Source of the DNA: Octopus vulgaris | Lineage: Eukaryota | DNA length: 64,000 nucleotides | Assembly (NCBI GenBank): GCA_951406725.2 | Contig: OX597824.1 | Coordinates: 67,146,001-67,210,000, forward strand | Reading direction: 5' to 3' | Shown: piece after piece, positions 28,299 through 41,814 of the stretch | Layout of the letters: each line of letters starts with the position of its first letter | How positions within the stretch are numbered: position 1 is the stretch's first letter | The notes under the pieces: generated by a model | What the model saw: the letters and a program-made list of their open reading frames with translations, nothing else | What the model was told of the DNA's origin: nothing | Database searches by the model: none | Translations under genes and position numbers: made by a program

Positions 28299-28422
28299 TA
28301 CTTATTTCTCACACTATATATTTCAATTGTTGAGAGAAGTGACAGTGAAAGCAGGCCATCAACATGAGCAGCAGTCACTGTGTGTAGTAGAAGTAGATTA
28401 CAAAAGGATAATTTCATGTAAA

Positions 28423-29421
28423 CCAGGGACAAAAAACGGAATTTTGAAAGCCAACATTTCAGATTTTCACCAAATTTTGACCAGTTGTTCCTATCAGTAA
28501 GAATAGAAAAGTGCAAAATTTCAGCTCCACTCCCCCAACTCCCAACGGTTCAAAAGTTACGACAATTTGAATTTTGCCCCAATTCACCCATTTTTAGGCA
28601 AGCAGTGGCCATCTTGAATTTCAATGCCGCAACAAATAATGTAATAACTTTCAATCTACATGGACTATTTTTCTGAAAATTTGTACCTGACCATTTTTTT
28701 GAGTGCTGAGTCTGAATTTGTAGAGAAATGGTAAAATGCTTGTTTTCTTGAATCAAAATGAAAGCACTTCACTGTTTTCTCTCGACACTGCTGTGTACTC
28801 AAAGCCAAATTCCCAGAAGTGCCCAAATCCTACAGCTTCAAAACTTTTTGCACATAAACTGGACATGATCTTTTACTTGTGTGTGAAAAATCTCAATGGC
28901 ACTCTCAAGACATCAAAAGTTACAAACCACCAAGTCGAGCCGTTCACTTGATATTTTCCAACCACAATCATAGGAAACATGGTAGTCAGAAGAAATTGTT
29001 GGTACCTGTTTTCTTCAAATTCTGTTTTCACAATGGTCATATCAGTACACCTGATTTGGGCACTTCTGGGAATTTGGCTTTGAGTACACAGCAGTGTTGG
29101 GGAAAAACGGTGTAGTGTTTTCAATTTGATTCAAGAAAACAAGCACTCTACCATGAGAAATACTCTCTTTTCTGTTCAAATTCAGATGCAGGACCCAAAA
29201 ACAAACAAAAAAAGGGGGGCAGGTACAAATTTTCAGAAAAATAGTCCATGTGGATTGAAAGTTATTACATTATTTGTTGCGACATTGAAATTCAAGATAG
29301 CCACTGCTTGCCTAAAAATGGGTGATTTGGGCCAAATTTCAAATCGTCATAACTTTTGAACTGCTGGGAGTTGGGGCCTGAAATTTTGCATTTTTTCTGT
29401 TCTTACTGATAGGAACAACTG
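28423..29421. mobile_element. Large foldback DNA element with ~350-bp inverted arms
   Basis: 28482-28829 (cagttgttcctatcagtaagaa...cccagaagtgcccaaatc) is the diverged reverse complement of 29053-29421. Confidence 0.8.
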
Positions 29422-30003
29422 AAGGGTTTAATCAAACAAATCACTTCCAAGTACATTTTTTTTAAAAGCCTGGTCAATTTTACCAAACCCCTAAGTTATG
29501 GAGGCATAAACAAACCAACGCACACACACACAATAGGCTTCTTTCAATTTCTGTCTACTAAATGCGCACACAAGGTTTTGATCAGCCTGAGGTTATAGTA
29601 GAAGACATGTGCCCAAGGTGCCACTCAGTGAGCTGAATCTGGGACCATGTGGTTGAGAAGCAAACTTCTTACCACACAGACATGCCACTCTCTTGCTCTC
29701 TCTCTCTCTCTATATATATATATACACATATATACACACACACACACGTTTGTATGTTTAGTTTATATGCATGTTAATATTGATGAAACAGCTGTAAACA
29801 TGGAATAAAAATCTACTTTCACATCATTTCTCTTACCCATTATATGTATGTATACATATATATACACACACATATATGTATATATACATATATATATATA
29901 TACACACAGATGTGTATATACATACATATATATATATACACACATAAGTATATATACATACATATATATATACACACACATGTACATATACATACACACA
30001 TCT

Positions 30004-30060
<57 letters not shown>

Positions 30061-31859
30061 ACACACACATATATATATATATATATTGTTTACAAAATTT
30101 CTTCTATTTAAATGTGTGATAGGAGTTATTCATACTAACAACCCAAGTTAATAAAACATTATTCTAAGCAATCTACATTTATAGCAAGCGACTAAGTTCG
30201 AGTAAGCCCGAGCTATCATGACTACTCAATGTGGATAATTAATGACAATTAGTTCCATCTTTTTTCATTGTCATAATTCAAGGAGCCAAGTGACTTACAT
30301 TGGACCAGCAACTTTCCTGCAACCAAAAAATATTAAGGCAGGCAATAACAGAAGTAGTTAGACGAAAATATCAACGTATCTTTCCAGAGTTTTCTAATAT
30401 CTGTCGCTCGAAGTAACATTTCTCAAGAGTAAAGGAAAAGGTACTGAAGTAGGGACCCAAAATGTTAGAAATTGCAATTACATACATACATATACACAAA
30501 ACTTTTTGTGAACATGTTCCTGTTTCGTCACAAGTCACCACTAATTAAAAGCATTCCAGCAGTTCTAACTAGGACAGCATTATCCATTGTGTCCTTCCAA
30601 GTTTGTTTTAAAGACATTCGGGTGACACCTGAAGGAGATTAACTTCTATTCCAGGCATCCAGTACGGAAACTTTACTCCCTCGACAATTTCCAGTGCCCT
30701 CAAAAATTAAGAAATTGCTATTTACTGAACATAAAACTAGTTGTGTTAATAACCTAAGTGGTCAGTAGGTGAGAGATTTGACATTAACTATCATCTCCTT
30801 TTGTCCTGGAGCCGAGAAGAATTTGAAGGACCTCCCCGAAAACACTTGGCTGTGTGCCACGAAAGAAATGCGGTAAAATACACGATACTATGTAGAGTAA
30901 TTATGTTGTTAACCCGACAACCAGTCCAGCTGCTTAAGATTGTCACCATTTTTTTTTTATTACTTCTTTGAAAAATATCTTTTATCACTAATTATCATAA
31001 TTAACAAAGCTGTTGTTTAGCCCCAGGCTTCAAAAGCATTCCAGTTGTAAACGAACCAACCCATCTTTGAAAAAATGATGGACTACATTAACTATTGTGT
31101 CTTTTACTTAAGGTAGTAAGGATGTGATCTAAGGCAGATTTGGCTAGTATTCATAACAGATCGAGCAACCAGATAAAGACTGGCTCCTTCATTGGCTCGG
31201 ATAAAAAGTTTTCATACGCACACAAATAGTTATTTTCATTCCTTAGTTCTATATAGACTTTACTTGGCAATCTACAGCTACACTAGTGAGATAACTGACA
31301 TCGTCAACTGACTCGATCTAGTATATTACGGGTACTTGTTTCATAGCTCACTGTCTAACATACGCAGGGAAACGAAATGCAAATTCGGACCCAACGAAAT
31401 TAGAATTCAGTCTTTTTTAAACGACACAACTAAGAGAGAGGTAATTGAAACAGTGAAACGAAATCGCACTACAAATTTAATTACGATCAGTCTTGTCTTC
31501 ATAACCACTTATCCTTCTGGGAATTCATAAAACAAGTACCTGTAATTACACCTAATTATTCGATGAAATCAACTAAAACAAATACTTATTGAGTATAATG
31601 ATTACGTATGTACTTATTATTATTATGAAGTATAAATAAAAAAAGTATAGTTATCAACAATAAATAAATGGGTTAAGTTATATTTCGGTTCGAGTTATTT
31701 TTAAACAGTTTTAAGTTACATAGGTAACTAACACCATTAGACAATAGGCGACAAATACATCACTTAAGTATAATAAAATATTAAAATGAATATATACATT
31801 TAGTTGGATAAGTAGATTAGTAAATAAATAAATAAAATAATACATGGACATGAACAAAT

Positions 31860-32000
31860 TAACTCCCTGTTGACTTGTTACAATCGGAATGTGGTCACAA
31901 CTAAAGCTTGTAAGTACCTTGCATGTGGCGGTGTTGTGTACTACGTGATAAACACAGCGGCTGTGACGTCAGAAGTTTGTGTGTTCACTATCACTTAATT
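31860..32000 (-). promoter_or_regulatory. Candidate promoter / first-exon region for C6orf120, with a perfect CRE palindrome TGACGTCA (31964-31971)
   Basis: Non-repetitive, CpG-containing stretch near the edge of the CpG-depleted domain. Contains a CRE site and a possible minus-strand donor AAG|GTACTT at 31918/31917. Confidence 0.35.
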
Positions 32001-33451
32001 ATTTTTGTTATGAACTTGTTTGTGTTGATGCATGTATTTTTTTTACTGTTACTCCCGTTTTGTGAGACGTGTTTGACAGTAAATTCTTTGTCCATTTCTA
32101 TCTCCGTGAGTTAATGAATGATAGCTGCTCTGAAAGTTTGCCGATCGGTGATTGCATTCGTTCAGTAATCTTTATTATGCCTCTAAATCAGTTTATTATA
32201 TTACTTTTATTAGTTTAGACCAGGCACGGGCAACCTTTATCGAGAAATGGGCTGCATGTAACTTGACTAATCAATGGGCGGGCTGCACTACTACAAACAA
32301 TTTATAATTTTTCGTTGGGCGTGCTCTGCTGGAAGTATCGCGGGATTGCCCATCTTTGATTTAGACAGTCATTCACTTTCGCACTCCAAGTAGGCAACGC
32401 CGTTCCTAAAATGGGTTGCGTACTCCGAAAAGGAGAAAAGGAAGATAGAAAGGAAAATGGAAGTTGGAAAATGTTTTTCATACTCATATATTTGTTATGT
32501 TTGTTCATAGAGGTGACTTGTGACGAAACAGGAATATGTTCATAAGGTGTCTATTTTTCGCTTTAGGGACATATAAGAGCACATTTATAAATCCCTTAAA
32601 TGAAAGCCTACCCTTGCCGTATTATGCGTAAATTTAAGTATATACAGGATGGTCGCTAGAAAAGCGGAAAATTCGTGAAATTCCGAATTACATTTTCACA
32701 AGATGTATTTGAGGTAAACAATAAACATCAAATTTTCCGCGGCAAGCCCCCCCCCCCCCAAAAAAAAAAACCACACTTAAATTTTTTTTTTTCGCTACAG
32801 ACCCCCACCCTTATTTCCTTCATTTTTTACTTTTTTCTGAATTTTTTTTTCTCAAAATATGCGGAAAAATACGGAGATTATGATTCTGAAAAAAAATTTC
32901 CAAAAATTTTTGTAAATTTTTTTTTTAAGAATTTTTTTTTTCTAAATATGCGGAAAAATACGGACATTATGATTCGGACAAAAATTTCAAAACATTTCTG
33001 TAGTTACGGTTAGGGTTTTAGGGTTAGGGTTAGTGTTGGGAGAAAAAGTCAGAATTGAAGAATTAGGTGTGGGGATTTAACAATGCCTATTTTTGGCAAT
33101 TTTCCGGAACTTCCGTATCCGAAAACAGTGGTTTTTGGCCCCCCCCCAAAAAAATTTTAATAAACAAATTTGGGAGAAACACCGGGTATGCGTATTCTTT
33201 ACCTTCGCCTAAAATTTGTGTATGTGCAAGGTTTCCGTATCTTTTATTTTTCTAATTTATAACCCAAGGTCCTGTTGTTTTCCCGAGCACCTACCAATTT
33301 GCAACCAGTCACGTCATCTTTGACCAACGATCCTGTTCAAAACTTGATCAAATCAGCACTTCGAAACCCAGTGATTTTCCCACCCAAATGAATGCATTTG
33401 TAGCGAACTCTAGTGAACTTCCTCTCTCTGTCGTACATATAAATCCATACT

Positions 33452-33770
33452 GGATCTATTCAATTTGACGGACTGATTTTTTAATTAGTTTTTTTTTTTT
33501 AGCTAAACACTTCGGAACTTCAGATACTGGTAGAATGTGTCACATAGAACAGGGTTTACTCTTGACGTTTTTGACAAAATTTTGTATTTTAGAAGTTATT
33601 TCGTGTTAAAGTTGTCCTATTTGTGTATTAACTTCTAAAATACAAAATTTTGTAAAAATTAAGAAAAAACCCTGTTCTGTGTGACACATTCTAACAGTAT
33701 CCGAAGTTTCAAAATGTTTAGTAAAAAAAAAAATTAATTAAAAAATCCGTCTGTCAAATTGAATAGATCC
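33452..33770. mobile_element. Long-TIR MITE related to the 41377 element (Merlin-like)
   Basis: ggatctattcaatttgac ... gtcaaattgaatagatcc, arms of ~145 bp. Degenerate 8-bp TSD tccatact/taaatact. Shares atactggtagaatgtgt with the 41377 element. Confidence 0.75.
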
Positions 33771-34869
33771 TAAATACTTACGAACGTAGCAGGTAACAGC
33801 TAACCTTCGGCGCTGTTTTGTACCTCGTTGTATCTACCACTCTGATTGCTTGATATTAGCGCAATTTGTCTCTTACTCTATCGCGTGCCAGTAAGCAACC
33901 CAACCAATCACAGCCTCCAAATAAATCACATGAGACAGTCTTTTCTAAACTCCATTTGAACCTACTATTGACTATAAATGCTAACCTCCTTCTAGTCGCG
34001 GAGTCTGTTGGTTCCAGACTTAAAAGGCGTTGCAGATGTTTTTGTGTTGATGGTTTGAGATGGAATCGCGTGGTTATGGAGTGACTGTTTGTTGTACTTG
34101 TTGAGGGTTTCTCCGAGTGGGTGAGCCTGGGATTTGTTAACTTTGTTGAATTTTGATCTATTGCTGCTGTTTTTGCCTGTTATTGTATTTGTTCTCTTCC
34201 CCAACTGTGGGTGAGGTGGAGGAAGGAGGAGATGTGGAAGGTGAACCAGCTGGAAGTTGCGCATCAGCTACGAGTAGGGGAGTGTCGACCAGCGCTTTGG
34301 AGGCGCGTGAAGTTAAGATGAAACCCGGAAGGTGGAAGGAAAGTGGTAGGTTGGTGGAAGGGAAGGCAGCCAGTTTGGGGCTGGCTCCACCGCAGGAGTT
34401 GGCGAACAGCATGGCGGTGGGGAGCAGTGGTGTGCAGAACGTTGTCTGCGTCCTTTAGGAGGATGGAGGTGGCCCCAATAGAGACGGTGGAGGAGTGTCT
34501 CAGGGAAGTGGAGAGGCTTTTCACATTTTGTGCACGTGGAGGTAAGTGCGGAGCGGTGGAGGTGGGGTTTGGTGGGGAGGAAGACGTGATGAGCCGCGCC
34601 ACTGAGCCGATGGGAGTGGCGGAGTAGGTACTTCTGCCGACTTGTTGTGACAAGTGAGTGGTCAGGGTGGGGATTGGCAGGGTGTTACCGGAGATTGGGG
34701 AGGCGTGGCCGATGACAGCGGTTGTGTATAGTGTGGAGGAGGACGCAAAAGTTTTGAAGAGCAGAGGCGGCAGGGTGCCGAGCGGGGGAAGAGTGACGGA
34801 CTCAGTAGGTGGGGAGGATTGTACGGTGGCGGATGGAAGGGGGAGGCGGAAGGAGGGCGTGGACTCACC

Positions 34870-36580
34870 GCCGAGGAGTCCGTTAAATAACCGGTGGTGG
34901 AGAGCCTTCAAAAGAGTCATTCGACTTAAGACGACTAGATTTAGCAAGCAGTTAAGTATAGAGCAGACCAGAGTAGAAAGGGATTTAGTTAAGGCGTTAG
35001 AAGAGGCGCTGAGAATGGGCTCTGCATCCCAAGTTTTCGCAGCGAGATCGGCCTTGGACCGACACCTCAATGCCAAACACGAAGGCTAAAGTACGAGCAT
35101 TGGGTCGCGAGGGTATCAACGTTGCCGGGTGGGCTCGCCCGGTAGAAACCCAACGTGTTGTGGATGCTACGATAAGGTCTGTGGTTAATGAACATGGACA
35201 GGAAGAGATGTGCAAGGCCTTTCACGAGCACTTTTGCTGCGTTGTTCGGGAGGAGCGGGACGCTGGACCATGGAGATACCCTCCGGGATTTCCAGGAGAA
35301 ATCAGTCGGCTTGCAACTCGGCACATGGCGTGACAAGTTGATGCTTCCCAACAGCGTCGTCGGACGCTGGACGGAAGGCTCGGTTAAATTGCTCGGAATT
35401 CGGTTTGTACCAGATCTCTAAGTGGAGAAAAATTGGAGCGAGGTGACAAGCAAGATGACGGCCATAACCCAAACTTGGTCTGGGAGGACGTTATCTTTGC
35501 TAGGAAGGGCCGAGGTTGCACAGATCTTATAGCATCAGTGATAACCTACCGCCTAACCGTCGTGCCTTGCCCCGGTTTGTGGCTGACCAAGTTGGAAAGG
35601 ATCCTTTTCCGCTTTTTGTGGAAAGAGAAAACTCCACTTACGAGGCGCTCCATCTGCTGCTAGTAACCGTTAAGGGGTAGATTGGGGATGCCTTGGCTGA
35701 TGATGCTCAAGTTTGCGCTGTGGCTGAGAGACCTCTGGCGCTACCTGGATGGTTAGCAGGTGTGGTCACCGCATGCCAAGCAACTCTTTCCACATTTGAA
35801 GTCCCTCAGGGACTTAGGTACATGGATCAAGCGGAGACCTAGGATGGGAGAATGGCAGGAGTGCAGACAAGCACTAACTTAGTTCTCTCTCAAGAGCAAT
35901 ACCGACATCTAGGTTACCACTGCAGATTTTTATAGAGGGTTGGTAGAGTATGAATCCGACGACATCCTGAAGGAGACTCTAGGCTTCGATGAGGAGCAAC
36001 TGACCAGCCTGTTCGGACAGACATTCGAGTCGAGGTATCTGGATAACTTCCAGAAATCCCTGGTTTGGTTGTACTACCGATCGGCCTTACCGGTTCGAGA
36101 GAGGTTGTCTAGACACGGTTTTGACACTTCCCCCACATGCCCGAGGTGCGGGCGCGTCAGTGAAACTGTCACGCACGCCTTCGTATTCTGTGAGGAGTTG
36201 AGGAAGTTGATAACCTATGTCGAACAACTGATGTCGGATGCAGAAAGAGTACGGCTCTCGACTGAGTCCATGGTTAAGATCGTACCGTCTCCCTCCTTTA
36301 ACAAGGAAAAGAAGGCATCTTTTTTCTGCGTAGTAGCCATACTGAAAGACACAGTATGGATGACACGTGCGAAAGGGATTGAGACAGACCACTTTATCTC
36401 CAGACACGGGCTAGTAAGTTATTTTAACTTCCACCTGTTACGAAAGATCCGTCTGGAGAAAAGGTACCTGCCTCAGAGTGTGTACGGAAAAAGATGGAAG
36501 ACTGTGGTAAGGAAGTTGAGTGTGAACCGGACCGTGCAAGTGTAGCCGGTCAAAATGAAAAAGAAGGGGGAAAAAACCAC
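34870..36580 (+). mobile_element. Degenerate L1/Tx1-type LINE ORF2 with internal deletions
   Basis: WWRAFKRVIR..., LERILFRFLWK, and the C-terminal zinc-finger-like LPVRERL...CPRCGRVSETVTHAFVFC. Multiple stops; purine/A-rich tail. Confidence 0.8.
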
Positions 36581-37615
36581 TTAAATTCATAACGCTAAAA
36601 CCGGAAAAATACCACAAGGTATCCCACCCGACGTTCTCACAATTCTGCCGGCTAACTGTCTTAAACTGGTACTTTATTTGTCGATCCCGGAAGGACGAAA
36701 AGCTAAGTTGGCTCCAAGGGGAGTCGAAAGGTACGAACGAGAATAAACACTGCAAGGCATTTCATCCGTGGCTCTGTTGGCACTGTCAATTTGCCTGTGT
36801 TTTGCTTATTTATTTATTGCTTTCCAAACTTTGTGATCTACTTTGAGAAGAATTTGTTTCAACTCTCAAGTGCTCACACTGTTTAGTCCTTGCGGAATCG
36901 ACCAAGTTTCAGAGATACTGATTACTTTGTAAAATGACAGTCGGAATGGACACCGAAAGATTGAAACTCTTCAATCATATCATGATTTTTGACATAGGCA
37001 CACGGATCACAAATTTGGAGTAAGAAATGCGATCGATTTCTTTTATAAGTACAAAGCCTCAGCTTTGAAGCGATGGATATTGTTGATTAAACTGACCATA
37101 ATTCTTAACTGGTTATTTTTACCGGCCCTGGAAGAATGAAAAATTAATTAAGCCTCCAAGGATTAGAACTTAAAGCATAAAGAATCTAAAATAAGTACTG
37201 CAAGGAATTTTGTCCAACGCTCTACCGATTCTGCTATGAAAAAATAAGAATTAAAATCTATCGTAAAAAAACTGTATTTAGTTTTCTCTTTGATTTAATT
37301 ATGTTATCGAGTATATATTGTGTCCAGTTTTGCTTTGTGTCGTATGGTATAATCTCATCTTCCTTACATCCAAACTCAGCCATCACTATTTTCTGTTCCC
37401 ATTAGATTGTCTGACCACTGCTTAGTCGACACAACACTCACATTACAACTTCTTACTGCATTTCATTTCTCCCTGATCTCCAAACCTTCTGGTATTTCAA
37501 TTTAATTAACTGTTTGGAACTTTGCTGTGATAACCTTTCACAACAAATGTACTTCACACACACGCAACTCATCCGTGACAGCTATATGAAGAATAGACAT
37601 TAGTCATCTAAATAA

Positions 37616-38200
37616 GGCGGCGAGCTGGCAGAAACGTTAGCACGCCGGGCGAAATGCGTAGTCGCATTTCGTCTGCCGTTATGTTCTGAGTTCAAATTCC
37701 GCTGAGGTCGACTTTGCCTTTCATCCTTTCGAGGTCGATTAAATAAGTATCAGTTACGCACTGGAGTCGATATAATCGACTTAATCCGTTTGTCTGTCCT
37801 TGTTTGTCCTCTCTGTGTTTAGACCCTTGTGGGCAGTAAAGAAATAGGTATTTCGTCTGTTGCTACGTTTTGAGTTCAAATACCGCCGAGGTCAACTTTG
37901 CCTTTCATCCTTTTGGGGTCGATAAATTAAGTACCGGTGAAACACTGGGGTCGATGTAATTGACTATCCCCCTCCCCAAATTTCAGGTCTTGTACCTATA
38001 GTAGAAAGGATAGCACACCGTGTAGAATGCTTAGCGGTATTTCGTCCATCTTTACGTCCTGAATTCCAATTCCACCGAGGTCGACTTTGCCATTCGTCCT
38101 TTCGGGGTCAATAAAATAAGTACCAGTCGAGCACTGGCGTTGATGTAATTGATTTACTCCCCCGAAATTGTTGGCCTGGTGCCAAAATTTGAAAGCAATA
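37616..38200 (+). mobile_element. Three tandem family-B SINE copies
   Basis: ggcggcgagctggcagaa...gagttcaaattccgccgaggtcgactttgcctttcatcctttcggggtcgataaa. Confidence 0.85.
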
Positions 38201-38937
38201 TTATTCACCCAAATATGTCCCTTTACATTCCCCACATTATCTCAAATACTTCAAGTAGCAGCAATAGTTGTTATTTATCCCCAGCTCAATCCTGGCCGAA
38301 CGGGTTGTTACACATTCATATCTATGTGTATACGTAGGTATACGTGTGTAGAATACATCCCCACTTTTGGCACTATTTTGTTAGTAAACAGTACGAACTG
38401 TGTCTAAAGTATATATGTATTACTACGCTGAATGTTGACAGTTCGTGTAACAGGTAAAGTAAATAAACACCTAAAACAATAACAATGCCTTCATTTGAGT
38501 TGTCTATCATCCATCGAGAACGAAACTACACATAACACGGGTTTATGATCAAATACATTCATCTTATTCAGGTTGTTGTTTTTTTTTTACCTGTGTACAA
38601 GGAATCTCTCGATCACATTATCCAACGTCTCATTTTCTGATACGGTGGGGAGCAACCACTTAGAGTAGCTAGTTCGCAGCTATACAGGGATAATTAGTGC
38701 TTACAATACTCGAATGAAGTCATCTACCATCACAAGCACAAGAAGGCATTTACCCCAAACAGTAACGCTTAACAGATAACCACCAAGAAAGTAAAATGCG
38801 ACCTTTAAGCTCTCATGCCTCCCAGTTGCATCTTGGTGGATCCTCTGGTCTTTTGCTAAGAGGATTTCCGCTAACTTTTCAAAATCCTCCACCCGCTGTT
38901 TGTCAATCAATATTCAGCCTATATGTAGTACTCTCAA

Positions 38938-39166
38938 GGCGGCGAGCTGGCAGAATCATTAGCACGCCGGGCGAAATGCGTAACCGTATTTCGTTTGCCG
39001 TTACGTTCTGAGTTCAAATTCCGCCGAGGTCGACTACGCCTTTCATCCTTTCGGGGTCGATAAATTAAGTACCAGTTTCGCACTGGGGTCGATATAATCG
39101 AATTAACCCCTTTGTCTGTCTTTGCTTGTCCCCTCTATGTTTAGCCCGTTGTGGGCAATAAAGAAA
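38938..39166 (+). mobile_element. Near-intact family-B SINE
   Basis: Same head (A and B boxes) and core as the 37616 copy. Confidence 0.85.
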
Positions 39167-41376
39167 TATATATGTAGAACTCTCGCTGCTAAAATACTCG
39201 AGCTTATTTCTTCTTTTTTTTTTCTTCTCGCAACTCTAACACACAAAATTCCTCCCGAATAACTCTCCTTCTCCACTTCCACCTGTAGCGACACAAGCAG
39301 TCAGCGCCATATTGGATGAGATTAAAGATGGTTGCTGAGCGCAGCACACTTAACCTATCCTGTGAAACCTGTAAATAAACCAGTTGTAAATAGCATTTAT
39401 ACTTGAAGTCTTCTCTCTTCGCCTGCCGGAAGCCTGAACTACACGAAGAACAAAAAGATGATGGAAGACGGTGATATTCTTCCGATATCGTAAACCTTAC
39501 CTTCCATCATACACCAATCTCTTGATCACGTAGAGCCCTCAAATGTGAACTATTGTCTGATCACTGCCAGCGAACAAGGTATTCCCTGTATCCTTTTATT
39601 AGCTCCACACAATGCTCACTGCAACCAATCTTTCTCGCTCTCTTCCCTTCCTTCCTTCTCTCTCCCCAGATCTAGTCCATTCTATTGAAACGCATAAGAT
39701 ATTGTTGCAGTGATTCGAAACCTAACCACTAGATACTCGGCCAAACAACTCGAGTGAATCACTATAGTTTCACGTGATCGATCTATAAATCGACCAACTA
39801 ACGTGCGGATGTGAAATGATGTGGTTTTCTCTAATGTTCTAAAGTTTGCTTTCTTGTTTTTCATAATAATCGCTTTTGGTGCTCAATCAACTGCAGAGTG
39901 TTGAGGGCAGCTGACTTGTGCGCCTCCACTCTTGCCATGAAAACGGCCAATGGACCGCTAATAACACAGTTTGCCTCAGAGATTTGCGCAGACGACTTCG
40001 TGTACATTTGCATTGACCGCAATATGTTATACAAACCACTTTCTTTATTTTCAGAGCAGTTTTTGTCTCAGTCATATCCAGCAATTATTAATATTGTTCA
40101 TTGAAAAGAGCCAACACCAAATATCAATATGTCTGGCAATAAATATCAAGTTAAATGTTCGCGAGTTTGATTCAGTTATCATTGAAGCAGCCAACGAAAT
40201 ATGCCTTCACTGACCAGCTCAAGCTTATGCGATTGCAAGCCCCTCGTGACAACATAAAAGCACATCAATTATCGATATATAGCTTCCACTTCTATAATCT
40301 CAAAGGTGATGGAAATGGACGCAAACAATCACCTCTGTTAGTTATATGACTCTCTGTCTCTGCCTGTCTGTCTCTCTCCCCACTCTCTCTCTCATGACAA
40401 TCAGTAACTATAATAGCCTGCGATGAAGCTGGTGGCTTGCTTGCAGGTTTCGTTTCTTCTTTTACACTATGGTGACAACTCTGAAAATGTAGTCTTATTC
40501 GACACACTCAGAAAACCCATGGTCGAATCCAATGGAAAGATCCAGGGACTGTTGATAATGGTGTAATAATGGGGTGGCCAAAAGGGGACGATGGATGTAA
40601 AAACAACAAAATAATGGTTTAATTAGGTCAAGTTTTATTTGTAATATACTTTTCTTTTAAATTTGCTGGAGAAAATGGTCTATGTTTGTAGTGTTGAGGG
40701 GGAGAGGGGGCGCTAGGAATGTGGCGTGAGTATCATGGGGGCGGTAGCCTGAAAATGTTTGGGAATCACTAGTCTAATCGGTACTATCAGACTTAACGTA
40801 GGTGAGGCAATATATAAAATATATAGATTTTAGTGAACAAATACTCTATGGTTATTTCCTCTCCACTCATTCTGGGGAGGAAATGCCCGGATGAAACCTA
40901 GCCATGGCTGTGTTGTAAGAAGCTTGCTTCCCAACCACATGGTTCCGCGTTTAGTCCTATTACGTGACACTTCGGGCAAGTGTCTTCTACTATAGCCTCG
41001 GGCCAACCAAAGCTTTGTGAGTGGATTTGGTTGACGGAAGCTGAAAGACGCCCGTCGTATACATATAGCTGTGTTTGTATGTATCTGTGTTTGTCTCTAC
41101 CACCGTTTGACAACCGGTGTTGAAGTGTTTCTGTCCCCGTAACATAGCGGTTCGACAAAAGAGACCGATAGAATAAGTACTAGGCTTTTAAAAAATTAGA
41201 AAGTACTGGGATCAATTCGTTCAACTAAAAGACAAAAATTCTTCAAGGTGGTGCCCTAGCATCGCCGCAGTCTAATGCCTGAAACAAATAAAAGAAATTA
41301 TAAAAGATATAATAAAGTAGGGGTATGGCCTTGAGCTGAAGCAGCTCGTTTTGAAACCATGTGGTTTCGAGTTCAG

Positions 41377-41814
41377 GGATCTTTTCGGTTTGAACGGCAG
41401 TTTTTAACATAATTTCTAGGTAACTAAAAAATTTTAAACTTCGTATACTGGTAGAATGTGTTTATAAAACATCTTTTTCTCTTGGCTTTATTGAGAAAAT
41501 TCTATAGTTTGTAAGATATTTGTTGTTTTTTTTCTTCAATTTCTCAATTTCAACCAATCACTGACGTCTATTGATGTAAAAAACATTCTGTGCCGTATGA
41601 ATATGTCCCTCGTTTAAGAAACAGATTGGGTTTATTTACATTTGTGAAGAAAAAAAGATAACCTTCCCCCCACCCCTAGCTCTAACCTTAACCCTAACTA
41701 ACCCTAACCCTAAAACAGATTGAAATGCAATATATCGATACTAGGGTCATAATTATGGGTGACAATTTCATATGACACCGCTAGAAAAAACTGCCGTTCA
41801 AACCGAGAAGATCC
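41377..41814. mobile_element. Merlin-like MITE with 8-bp TSD, inserted in a SINE head; carries (CCCTAA)n-like repeats
   Basis: TSD gagttcag at 41369-41376 and 41815-41822. TIR ggatcttttcggtttgaacggcagttttt / aaaaactgccgttcaaaccgagaagatcc. GG..CC termini with an 8-bp TSD fit Merlin. Confidence 0.8.

Noticed and set aside
39300-40330. Possible LTR/gag remnant
   Set aside because: No diagnostic motif, paired LTR or primer-binding site could be identified.
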